In this document: piece by piece, positions 28,429-40,380 of the stretch
Layout: every line of letters begins with the position of its first letter
How positions within the stretch are numbered: position 1 is the first letter of the stretch
Assembly (NCBI RefSeq): GCF_016432865.1
Contig: NC_067398.1
Location: forward strand, 337,094,001-337,158,000
Source of the DNA: Antechinus flavipes
Taxonomy: Eukaryota
Length of the DNA: 64,000 nucleotides
Direction of reading: 5' to 3'
Made by a program: the position numbers and the translations under genes
Notes under the pieces: generated by a model
Told to the model about the DNA's origin: nothing
The model's input: only the letters and a program-made list of their open reading frames with translations
The model's database searches: none

Positions 28429-31400
28429 CATCCTCAGTCTTAATGTGGGCTGGAATTCATGCCTTTTCTCCCTCTACTTCCTTTTTCTCTTCCTCTGTCC
28501 CTTACTGTAAAAGCATATCTCTTGAAAAATCTTCTGTGAGGAATAATCTCCCTGTCACATCCATGTCTGTTGTCTGTCCCTTTCCTTTGTGCACTCAATG
28601 CCTCATCTGGCTCCTGAGTCTGAGGCAGGGGTGAGAAGCAGTCAATTAAGCAGGGAGCAAGACTTGAACCTTTCAAGTACACTCAGGGTAGGGCAGTTTA
28701 CGTTGTGCTATTGCAATAGTGTTATGTAAACTACCTTTTTATGCAGTAATCTATTTTTAAAAAAGGATCTATTTTAGAGTCACAGCCTGGATACATTCCA
28801 GCCCTGGTTCTGTGTATCTGGAGCAGTGTTTTGTGCTTGGTTTTTACTGACATGAAGGGTCTGTGTTATTCACTTAGTTTACTTTAAAGGGGAGGCCTCA
28901 TGTATTTAAAATAGGTATTTTCCATTTGAGGCTGAGTTGTGACTTTCCTTTATGAGTAGAAAAAGGGGGTGTTGCATTTCCCCACAACAATCTCTTAAAC
29001 TTCTCCAGCCCTTAGATTACAAGCGAGACATAAAGATGCAGACAAGAAGAGGAAGTATTAATACACTGTCCTATTCAGCTAGGATATGTCCTGGGGTTGG
29101 CATTGTGTAGCTAGCTCTGCCTCGTATTGTCAAGAGGTTTCTGTCACTGGGAGTGACATAGTGTCTGCTGAGGTGGTGTTAAGAGCCCAGGCCTGGTGGT
29201 CAAAGGGCTGGAGGAGAGACAGGTTTTGGCCATCTTTATCTCCTAAATAAATATGTGCCGAACATTTGTTCTCCAGGTTGTGTCCCCAGGCCATTTCTAG
29301 GTAGGGACTGGACTGATTCAACCCAAGAAAGTACAGGGCGAAATCCAAAGTGTGTCCTAGAAGAGAACCAACTTGGGGTGAATGTCCATTTTCTCTTTGA
29401 GATGTAGTTTTGAGGGGAGTAGGAAAAGATACTAACGTTATGCCATGGAGGAGTGGGCTTCTGGTTCTCTATGTCCTGACTTCCAGTTTGGGTACAAATT
29501 CCTCTTGAGAGCCAGTACTCCTGCTTCTCTATACTCCCAATTGTTGGACTACCTGTGCCATTTCTTGACACATACGTGAAAGGCAGTTGGTGTTTTCATA
29601 GTAGTAAGGGACCTTGGGTTTTTTCTGGGTGTGAGAGAGATCTTAGGAGGCTCTACTGGTCACCAGCCTTCACTAGTAAAGTCTGGCTAAACAGAATGCT
29701 CCCAGCTCCAGCATGACTTGGAGAAGCTAGCCAAGCGCCTCAGCCTGGGATATCTGGTTTTATCACCGGCTGTTCCCCATGCTGCTCTGACCCAGAGCAT
29801 TTGGCCCAGTGTCCTGCTGCCAATGCTGCTCCTATCCAGCCCAGGAAGAACAAAGTCTGGGTTGGGATCCCAAGAAATACCACTTCTCACCTGCTATTTG
29901 ATTATCATGTTTATTGTCCAAAGCCATATAATTTTATGATGGGATAAACACTTTTCAATAAAATAAGTGTTTGTGCACACTAAAGCTGGGTTTGATCCGG
30001 TTAATGTTAATTAGTTGTTGGAAAGACCACTGTAAAATCAGTTTCCCTGATCTCCAACGGAAACATGACCACTACCCAAAGGGAAGACAACTTACCACTT
30101 ACCATTTCTCATCGGTAGTTTCTGTCCATGGTTTAAAATGCTGATCCTCACATTTCCAACCCAGTACATGACTTTTGAGGCCCTGGCTTCTCTTTAGCAT
30201 CTTGCTCTGGATTCCTGTTTGTTAGAGCAAACTCACATTGACTTCTCCTGATGTCTGAGTGCAGCTGCTGCTGCTGCTGCCTCTTTGGGCAATAAGGATT
30301 CATCTGCCGGTCAGTGCCTCCATCTTGTAAAGCAGCCCAGACCACTGGCATCTTGTAGAAAGAAGACTGGCCTGAGTCGGACCCTGGCTTCTAAACTTAT
30401 CCAGGCTCCCAGACATCCATCAGGGATAACAAGTGCAACATCTCCAGGGGTCAGTTTTTCCATTTGTAAAATGATAATATTTACCTCATAGAGATATTGT
30501 AAGAATCACAGTAAAAATACATCGAGTTCTTTTTAAGAAAATAAAGGGCATGGAAGAGAGATTTGTCTTTATTCCCCCTCACACATATTGTAACCTAGCA
30601 CAAGGGACATCTCCCACTTTGTCCTAAAGCTAGCAAATTTGATCTCTGTCCCTGCTGCTTCCCTGGTCCTTCCTCATGTGCTGCTACAAGAAGCTTTAGG
30701 GAGAAAAGCCATTCAGCTTAATGCCCCTTCTCTGAGCTCTGGGCAACCTCTTTCCTTAGGCCTATTTCAGATAGGGCAGCTTGCTATTTCTAACCTTCCA
30801 GCATCCTCTGGGGACATTAACTGCCAGGAGTAATTGCTCCTTTTCAGCTCCCCGACAGAAGGTTATGGATTTTCAAATGGTCCTTGGAGGAGGTTGCTAT
30901 GGTAACTCAACAACCTCTGTCGTAATAGTCATAAGGCCAAGTCCGCTGGGACCAAATTTCTCTCCCCTGGTATCCTTCCAGCCATGTAGATTTTGATGAG
31001 TTAGCATGTGAGCTTGGATTTGGATTCTCAAAGGATAGTCTTTTTCTATCAGACAAGGCTAGCCTCTACCTGACTTGGGAATGGGTCCTCCTTTTGTAAG
31101 GAGCTATGCTCGCTGGGGAAGATAACCTCAGGAGGGCAATCACTGGGCTTGTGAGCAGCTGGTGCCTCGAAGGCTGCTTCTTAGAGTCTAACCCCAGTTA
31201 CTTGGCAATGAATGCTAAATTGCATAAGTCCTCACTTTCAGGGTAGTCAGGGCTACAAAGACAGACAGCTCTGCTTCCACCTGATGCTTGTCCGATTTTC
31301 TTGTTAATGCTATGTTGTACTCCAGGGCCCAAGACACACATTTCCCTAAAAAAATGAAAACACCAGCCCCAGAGTTACTGTTTAGGCAATGCTTCTATCT

Positions 31401-32694
31401 CGTTTCTGAGCAACTCCCCAAAGCCCAATGTGACAGTTGCAGCTTCAAAACTGAAAAAGTTTGCAAAATTCTGGCTTGTGTCCTGCGGAGGAGCCCACTG
31501 CTTATTTCCCCTTTTCCCCACCTGTGATATTCACCCAGAAAATGTGTGCACTGTGCTGGAGAAAAGGGAGAAGGGGAAGGATTTTTCTTCAGCTTTCTGG
31601 CCTGAGGAAAGGAACCGAACAAAGAATCCTGATGCACAGAGTATAGATTCCCTGGATGGGAAACTAGCCTTTGATGATCTGAGAGACCATTGCTAGGACA
31701 TTGGGAAGAAGGGAACAAAAAAAGGAGGCGCTCCCTCAAGGGACTTAACCACTATTTGGGAAAAGCAATCTTACAAATGATTCCGTATCAAATTGGCCAC
31801 AAAAATTTCAGGAAGTCATGAAGGAGAGAAAGTTCAGGAGGGCAGGATTTGATTTTGAAGGTTGAATAGGATGGAGATTGTAGGCAGGAGACACAATTTA
31901 CCATCTTCTCCAGTAGACCACATCCTTCCAAAGTAGGATGTGATAAACTTCTCTGCCTTCTCTAGCACTGAGTCCACACATCGAACTTGTTCCATATGAT
32001 CAATACATTTGGTAAGTGAAGCAGAGGAGAATTGAGCTGTGTCTCAATTACAAAAGGTGGTGCCTCAGCTGGCCACTAGCACACCTTTCCAACACTGATA
32101 CTGGGGACTTGTCAGGTAGCAGTGAGGGATCTATTGCTGTCTCCCCCTCACCTTCCTCCACCCACATGGATCTGCACAAAGTGCATATTTGACAAATGTG
32201 CGCTGAATAATTGTTAGTAATTTTTAGAGAAGGAGGTTTTAAGTATGTTTCATTTGTGATTATAGAAATTTGGTGCACATATGTGACTGTACAAGTGGTT
32301 AGTATGGTGGTTGGAATGAATATGGACTTCATCTCTGGAGTTTTTGGTAAGATAATATAGTTAAATCTAGTAAAAATCTACCTAAATATCTAGTGCTAGC
32401 TAACCCATCACTCAAAGGTACTCTGCTCTGTTTGTGCTCTCATCTGATCCTCATGCTAGCCCTGTGGTGTAGGTGCTATTATTTTCCCCATTTGGCAGAT
32501 GAGGAAATTGAGGCTCAGAGGCTCATGCAGCCAGTGTTTGTTAGAAGCAGTATTCAAATCTAGGTTCACTTGACCACTTTCCAGTCTGTGCTATTTCACA
32601 GATATATAAAATTAAATATTTTTCAGTCATGTCTTAATCTTTGAAACTCCATTTGTACTTTTCTTGTCAGTAGTTTGCCATTTTCTTCTCCAGC

Positions 32695-32833
32695 TCATTT
32701 TCCCAGATGAGAAAACAGATAGGGTTAAAACTTGCCTAGAGTAACACAGCTAGTAAGTGTCTTCACTGCTATTTGAACTCAGGTCCTCTTGGCTCCAGGT
32801 TTGGTGCGCTATCCACTGCACCCCCTAGCGGCC
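32695..32833 (-). mobile_element. CORE-SINE (MIR/MAR1-like)
   Basis: CTCATTTTCCCAGATGAGAAAAC CORE, TTTGAACTC and CTATCCACTGCACC motifs. Confidence 0.7.
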
Positions 32834-33599
32834 CAATAGTTACTTTCCGATGTACAAATATACAAAAGTATATATATATACGCTTTACATTTGCTATTAA
32901 GTTTTTCTTTTTTTAATCCTTTAAGTTCTAAGATTTTCTTTATTTCTACTCTGATTGCTCCGCTTTCACAGATCCCCTTAGTTGTTAATGTTCTTGCTCA
33001 GATTAATTGTTTACATGGTTTATCTTCTGCCGGAGAATGTAAGCTCTCTTACATCTTACATTAAGAATGTCTGATTTTCCTTTGGTCTCCTTATTCCCAA
33101 TTCTTAGCTGAGTGTATTTGCAGTAGAAGATGATGGTTAAAATACGCTTTTTGGACTGGATTCACTGAGATGGTTTTACTAAGAGCTCTCCCACAGGCTT
33201 TCTACAAGAGAGATTTGAGGTGGGACGGAAGGAATGCAGCCCTTATTCAGACCAATAAAAGATGTAGGCAAGGGACAACATAGAGTTGACTAAAACTGTG
33301 ACTTAATTTGGACTGTGGCTCTGTGACACCCGTTTGCTGAGCACGCCCTCTGGGTATATCGCAGAGCCAGAGGGCTATGATAGTTCCCGCTCCAAGGGAA
33401 TGCCCATGGTGGCCCAAAGGCCTTGTGGCAGACAGGTACCTGATCAGCTACAGAGTACATCTTTGTCTTCCCCTACTGGGTTTAGCCTGCTGCCCTTCAC
33501 ATAACAGGTGCTCAGTAAATGCGGAGTGAACAGTCTGCAAAATGAGGAGGATAACTTGGCTCCCTCAAAGGCCTTTCTAGCTCAGGATCCTAGAACTGG

Positions 33600-34700
33600 G
33601 TCTTCCTCACCCCACACCCGCGCGTGTGTGTGTGTGTGTCGCCGTATCTGAAGGAGGAGGGGGAGAAGGAATAGAAACGGAACAGGGGGAAAGAGCGTGG
33701 GACGTTTGCGCGTTTGTGTGGATGTGTGTGTGTATCTGGAAGCTGGAGAGGAGTGGGCTGCGTGGCTCTGGGAGCGAGTGGTGGAGAGCAGAGAGGGGTG
33801 GGACGTGCGTGTGCACGGGCGCGCGCGCGCGAGTGTCTGTCCGGGAGAAGGAGAGGGAGGGGGAAGGGGAGTGGTGGCTTGTGCGCCTGCCACGGTGGTG
33901 GCTCCGTGACGCGCTGGCCCCTGTGTGCGGCAGCGGCGGCTCTAGCGGGGGCCGGGGCCGGGCCGGGAGTGCGGGGACGGCGGTGTGACCGCGGCGGCGG
34001 CGGCAGTGCCCAGAGCGGAGAGCGCAGCGGAGCTGGGGCTGGGCCTGGGGCCGGGGCCGGGGCCGAAGCGCCGGGTCCGCGGAGCAGCCGCCCCCCCGCC
34101 CGGGCAGCTCTATGGACAGGAGCTCCCTGCTGCAGCTCATCCAGGAGCAGGTGCGGAGGGCGCGGGCGCGGGCGCGGGCGCTGGCCGGGGCTGGGCTGGT
34201 CTTCTGCACAGACCGCACTCCTTATCTCCCCCCATCACCACACGCCCCCCGTTCTTTTCCCCTTTTCCCCCTTCCTTCCTCCTCCCCCCGCCCCACATGC
34301 ATGCAGAAAGACGTATGCACTGCCTGCAGCTGAGGCCAGGGGCTGGAACTTGGCCGGCCCGGAGAATTGCACCAAACCGCGGGGCCGGCGCCCGAAGGCG
34401 CGTCTCTGTCTCCCCACTGGGGCTTGCTCTCCTTCCCTTCCCAGGGATTCCGGCCAGGCTGGGCGTGCGCCGGATTACTCCAGACCGGGGTGCAAGTCTT
34501 CCCCGAGGCAGTACTCCCCAGGGAACCGAAGCGCCTAAGGGCGGGCTGGCTGAGCCACGTTTTGCCACACCCCTGAGCCTGCCTCCTTTCCGACCCGATG
34601 TCCCCCCTCCCCAACCCTAGGACACCCTGTCCTCCAACACCCCCCCAGCTGACCTGTGAGCTTGGCTCCCTCGCTAACATTGGGGGTACCCCGTGGGGCT
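33600..34700 (+). promoter_or_regulatory. RHBDL1 CpG-island promoter and 5' region
   Basis: Very GC/CpG-rich segment around the first coding exon (34112-34150), with (GT)n, (GC)n and (GGGGCC)n runs. Confidence 0.75.
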
Positions 34701-37700
34701 GAGAATTAGGGGGAAGAGGGAATTCCCCATCTCAGTCCTGAGGATGCTCTCCAGACCTCAGACCGGGGCCGGGTTCCAGGACTAATAGCCTGTCAGAGTC
34801 ATTGATGGTGTGGTTGGGGAGCCAAGAGCAAAGGGCCCTCCTCTTCCCTCCCTGCTCTCTGCCTCCACCTTGCAGTCACCTGTCTGGCTGTTCTGCCTTC
34901 CTAAATCAGAAGGATTGTCTGGCCTTAGGATGGAGGACACGAGTGGCTCTATCTCAGTGTGAATCTAAGAAAGATTTATAGGTGTAAGAAAGTTGTGTCC
35001 AGCTATTCTGTGACCTACAACAACATAATGATACAGGTTAGATCTCAGCAAGATTTCCTGACGACAGTGAATTGTTGGGTGATTGGTACAACTGTCTAAG
35101 AAATGTATAAGCAGTCTTCTGACTCGAGAATAAATGATTCATAAATGGGATGATTCTCACCTGTCTGTAGAATTATGTTTGGTCTGTCTGCCTAAAAAGA
35201 AAATATGGGACAGCAGGCCCCTTTCAACTAATAGATTTTATTCAGTTTTGTCTTCGTGATTCTTAATAACTCCCTGTTCAAGGGGTCCCTGGACTTAGGG
35301 CTTCCTTCTCCCAGCCCAGACCAGTAGGGACAATAAGCAAAGAAGGATAGGACAGGGTTGTGACACTTGTGTGGAAAGAGGAAGTATCTGGGAACACCAG
35401 AATGGAGGTCTTTGAATTAAGTAGGTGGAAACACAGGTGGAAGTGACCTGAGAATTGAGATGAAGGCAAGAAGGGGAGCTAGGGACCCTAGGGGACAGAA
35501 GGCCCCTGAGCCTTGAGGTAGAAGAGCAGTTCTCACCATTTCTGGGTCACTAAAGGCAGAAAAATAAGTTGCCCTGAGACAGATATTTTCTCTATTCTAC
35601 CCCAGCTCAACCTTTTCATTTACATGTGTGGATGTTGGGTAGGATAGGGTATGTCTGGAAAATGCTGGTCTTGACCTTGTTTTGGGCCTCATCCTTTCCT
35701 GCTCTCTGCCCCCTTTCCTATCTTCAGCAGCTGGACCCTGACAATACTGGCTTCATCGGCGTCGAGACCTTCACTGGCCTGGTGCACAGCCATGAGCTGC
35801 CACTGGACCCTGCCAAACTGGACATGCTGGTGGCATTGGCCCAGAGCAACGACCAAGGACAGATCTGCTACCAGGAGTTGGTAGATCTGGTCAGTGACAG
35901 GGGTCTTAAGCTGATTTCAGCTCCTATTGGTCCCCTGGATCTTGCTTCTGGGGTGATAAAAAGGGATTATTTAGGGAGAAATCCCCCTTCATGTGATAAT
36001 CACCACTGTAAATGGGGGAAATGAGCACTGGTGGCATTGAGTCTCGGTGCTCTTTGGATCTGCCCAAGAGTATCTGAAAGGGATGGTTTAGGCTTAGTGG
36101 AGGAAGGATTTTGGCCCAGGAAACAGGCAGCAGGAGGTGGTGGAAAGCATATTGGACATGGGTTCAAATCCTAGTGCTGCTATTTACTGACTGGGTTGGG
36201 ATTCTCATTTTTAGAATGTGAATTAGATCATTTCTAACATCCCATTCAGGCCTAAATCCCTTGCTCCTCTGACTGTAGGACTGTTGTTTCAGGGCGATGG
36301 TTCCCCTTTCTCCCTTGGGGGCTTAAGAGTCCAAGGACATTCACAGTGTCTTTATGTAGCATGTGTACCTAAGTTGTAGAAGGAATGCTTTATACATAGT
36401 AGATAACCTAAGCCAATTAATTCTCTTGACTGGAAGACAAACATGGTGGCAATATCTATTAACAGATCAGTATTTTTAAAAAATTAATTTATTTATTTGT
36501 TTTTATTTTTTTTAAAACTTTTTATTGACAGAACAGATCAGTATTGACTACTGGAAATTTGGTCCACCGAAAAATGTTTGTTATTCTGCCTCTCTCCCAA
36601 GTGGCCCCTTTGTGTCCCAGGCAGGCCCTGGTTTCTATAGCTGGATATCAGGGGCCCTTTTCTGCTCTTCCCTGGCAGATCAGCAGCAAAAGATCCAGTA
36701 GCTTCAAGCGGGCCATCACCAATGGGCAGCGTGCCCTTCCTCGGGATGGGCTACTGGATGAGCCAGGCCTTGGTTTCTATAAACGCTTTGTGCGCTATGT
36801 GGCCTATGAGATCCTACCGTGTGAGATGGACCGCCGATGGTACTTCTACCAGCACCGAACCTGCCCACCCCCAGTCTTCATGGCTACTGTCACACTCACA
36901 CAGGTAGTACCCATGGACAGCCCCTTCTCAGCTCTAACCTATTTCCCCTATTTGTAGCCCCAAGGGGCTACTGAGGGGCCAGACTGAGATAAAACTGTCC
37001 TTCCCAGATCATCGTGTTCTTGTGTTATGGGGCTCGACTGAACAAGTGGGTGCTGCAGACTTATCACCCCGAGTACATGAAGAGTCCTTTGGTGTACCAC
37101 CCTGGCCACCGTGCCCGCGCTTGGCGATTTCTCACCTACATGTTCATGCATGTCGGGTAAGGGGGGATTACCTTCAGTCTCTCTCACAGGTCAGTATAGG
37201 GGCCTCTGATAGTTCCAAAGGAATTTTTCCATAAAGGCCCAAGCTTGAAATGAGAATTGGGTGAATAATCTCTTGCTTGTATCTTTCCAAAGCCATGTGA
37301 AGCAGGCCAGTAGGGGCCCAGACAGAGAGGAAAAGGACTTGCCCAGGCCAAACGACTCACCAGGCACTGGCAGACTGGGGCAGAACCCCCTCACTCCTGC
37401 TTTCTCATGAGAAACGGTGTCTGCCCTTCTGCATTTGCAGAGCAGAGGGGACTCGTCCCCCCCTTCCAGGCTGGAGCAGATGGGGATGGAGGTTTTCAGT
37501 GAGGCAGGAGTGATGCTGGGCCATTATGGGGACGTTCTGTCCCCCCTAAGCGCCAGGGCTGGTTTGTGAGAGGTTCGGTCAGTGTCCATGCCTTGCTGAC
37601 CAGTGCAAATTCCCTCCTGCAGGTTGGAGCAGCTGGGCTTCAATGCTCTCCTGCAGCTCATGATCGGCGTGCCCCTGGAGATGGTGCACGGGGTGCTTCG

Positions 37701-38775
37701 GATAGGGTTCCTTTACTTGGCGGGCGTGCTGGCAGGTGAGGCGTTTGCTGAGGTGCTCAGAGAGCCCGGCTTATTGGGACAGCCCTCTCCAAACCTTTCC
37801 TTTCCTCCCACAGGTTCTTTGACCGTCTCCATCACGGATATGCGGGCCCCCGTAGTAGGGGGCTCAGGGGGCGTCTACGCCCTCTGTTCTGCCCATCTGG
37901 CCAACGTTGTCATGGTGAGGAGAGGGTCTATCCAAGGTTGGCAGGGGAGGCGCTGGGGACTCTGAAGAAAGGACGCAGCTCGCCCCGTCCCCCTGCTTCT
38001 TGGCCCAAGCCATTAGGATGAGCTTCTTGAGGCTCCTCATCCAAAGCCTCACCAGATGCTCCTTCTCCTTTAGAACTGGGCTGGGATGCGCTGCCCCTAC
38101 AAACTGCTGAGGATGGTGCTGGCGCTGGTGTGCAGTGAGTATTGGCTAACCCATTGGTGTGTGTGTGGGGGGTGGGCTGAATTTGGGTCAGGACAATGTT
38201 TCCCCTGGCCTGAGGAAGCCCCCGTCCCATCACAGGTTCTGAGCATGGTACACAGGGTTTCTCTATCCCCCACCTGCACCGCTAAAGGAGGAACAGTGAA
38301 TGGCTAGCAGTCAGCCACACTAGAAGGGAGAAAGGACTGGCCACAGGTAGAGTCTTTGCCAGCCCTGGGGGGGTCACTCCCTCTCTAGATGACTACAGTA
38401 GGCACCACCCAGATCCCACTGGGCTGAGGTGTGAGTGGCCCCCCACGGGCTGGGGCTCCCCCAGGAATTCCCTTGTCCTCATATCTTGCTCCCCCCACTG
38501 CAGTGAGCTCAGAGGTGGGCAGAGCTGTTTGGCTCCGTTTCTCCCCGCCCCTGCCTGCCTCAGGCCCTCAGCCCAGCTTCATGGCCCATCTGGCGGGCGC
38601 CGTCGTGGGCATCAGCATGGGCCTGACCATCCTTCGAAGCTATGAGGAGAACCTGCAGGACCAGTGTGGCTGGTGGGTGGTATTGCTCTCCTATGCCACC
38701 TTCCTCCTTTTTGCCATCTTCTGGAACATCTTCGCCTACGACCTTCTCGGGGCACAGGTCCTGCCTCCCCCTTAG
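34112..38775 (+). CDS. RHBDL1: Rhomboid-like serine protease 1, 373 aa
   Basis: Exons 34112-34150, 35728-35889, 36679-36903, 37008-37156, 37623-37735, 37814-37914, 38074-38134, 38504-38775. Total 1122 nt. Start [13 protein letters not shown], catalytic GGSGG Ser, AHLAGAVVG His and [10 protein letters not shown] motif are present. Confidence 0.96.
36475..36531 (-). mobile_element. Extremely truncated L1 insertion (tail plus about 15-20 nt of the 3' end)
   Basis: 14-bp perfect TSD AACAGATCAGTATT at 36461-36474 and 36532-36545. The insert ends TTTTATTGACAG, as do the other L1 3' ends in this window. Confidence 0.8.
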
Positions 38776-39469
38776 TACCCCATGAAAGTGCCAACACCGC
38801 CCCTCCGGTGCCACCATCTGCCAGGCAGCCAGGATGCGGTTGTTATTTCTCCCTATCAACGTGAACCTGACTGAGGTGGATCTAGTGCCTGGCCTGGTTC
38901 TCCAGTAACAAGAACAACCTAAGGTGCCAACTTCCCACTGGATTCTGGGCTGGGCTGGGCATGCAGGTGCGTGCATGTGATTTTGTGTGCAGGCTAGTCA
39001 GGGCACGGCCCCCCTTGGCAGGACCTCCAGGTGTGGGCCTGCATGTCCACCCTCTACTGAATGTATGTTTTAAAGCTGCTTCTCCCATCCCTGTCCCCTG
39101 TGCCCACCTGCCTGGGAAGGGCGGGGCCCTACTGCTCCCCCCACCCCCAATTTCCCTCAGCTGGCTCTTTTCTCTCCAATTCTCCCCAGTTGCTGCAGAG
39201 ACTTCAGCTCTATGGCCCCAAAAGCTACCGAATTCAGGGCCTCTCAAGCCTTACGCTGGTCCTGGGCCTAAATCCTCTTCCGAGTCTCCCTGCCACTAGG
39301 GAAGCCGTGGTTTGAGGCTGCCCTGTGGAAGGTAGGAGGGGATGTGCCTGAAGGAAGTCAGGGGGAGTGACCAGAGGAAAGCACCCAGGGGAGTAAAACA
39401 GAGGCTTCACAGCCTCCAGAGCAAAGAGCCAGTTTGATGGATTTGCTGTCTGAGCCTTTTTGGAGTATG

Positions 39470-39475
39470 AATAAA
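39470..39475 (+). terminator. Probable RHBDL1 poly(A) signal
   Basis: AATAAA about 700 nt after the stop codon. Confidence 0.55.
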
Positions 39476-40380
39476 TATTTTACACAGCAGCTGGCCAAGC
39501 AGTCTCAAACTAGAACGCCAGTTTCAGCTCCGGGCCTGCTCCCCCTCCCCACTGCTCAAGTGACCTTCTCTCTCCCTTCTTCCCCTTCTCCAGAGGCCTT
39601 GCTGTTGGGATAGAGACCAAGGCAGAATCCCCTGGGATTGCCTCCTGCTATTTCCAGCTTCTGGTCTTTCCCAACAACTTTTCAGGCCTGTTAAAGATTT
39701 CCCTCCTCACACCTCCGAATTTAGGCTCATGTGTGAAGGCAATTAAGAAGCTGTTTACACCTCCTGCCAGAGCAGTTAGCTAAGAACTGCTGAGCCTCGA
39801 GGGCCCACCCCATTCATTCCCTGAAATCCCAAGAGGCTCCACCAGCTTTGAAACACCTACAGCCTTCTCTCATTCCTAAATTCGGGAAAGCTCCAGTAGC
39901 AGACATTTTCTCTCTGAAAAACTAAGCTCCTTTTGATTTCCATTCCACCCCCACTCCCCCTCCCTGTGAGAATCACAGTTCTATGCAGTTCAGACTACTA
40001 ACTCTCTCTGAAAGGTGGCATGTTTCCTCATACCACACATAGGACAAGAGAAAACAAAGCCCTGGAAATGGTCAAGTCTAGGTTTATGCAGGAACTGAAC
40101 ACAACAGGGAGAAATTATTCAAACTGCAACAATAGTTTAAGTGGCTTTACCGGAAGTGATTCAGTGATGAAATTGGAGCTACACACTCTTAATTCCTAAT
40201 TCCTGGGTCAGTGCCAGCCTGGGAGAAGGTATCTAAGGAGTTGAGATCCAGATGAGGTTGGGATGGTAGGCAATTTTAATGGATGACAAAGGCTACCTTC
40301 TGCCCTGAGCCCCCCATGTAGAGGATAGGAGTCTGGCTGATGCATTTCTCTCTGAATGAAGTGTATACAGATGCCCAGGA

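Noticed and set aside
30090-30351. Minus-strand 67-aa ORF with a CAG run and strong donors (AATG|GTAAGT near 30100)
   Set aside because: No recognisable homology and no matching acceptor or neighbouring exons found. It could be a lncRNA exon but is unsupported.
32060-33350. CTCF-like motifs near 32068 and 33340
   Set aside because: Each matches only half of the consensus.
33582-34680. Many long overlapping ORFs (up to 274 aa) on both strands
   Set aside because: Expected in stop-poor GC-rich CpG-island DNA. They are low-complexity Arg/Gly/Ala/Pro sequences, and only the 13-codon RHBDL1 exon 1 shows homology.
35626-35727. Possible long N-terminal RHBDL1 isoform from an intronic ATG, as annotated in human
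   Set aside because: The upstream in-frame sequence shows no resemblance to the human extension as I recall it, and exon 2 has a normal acceptor.
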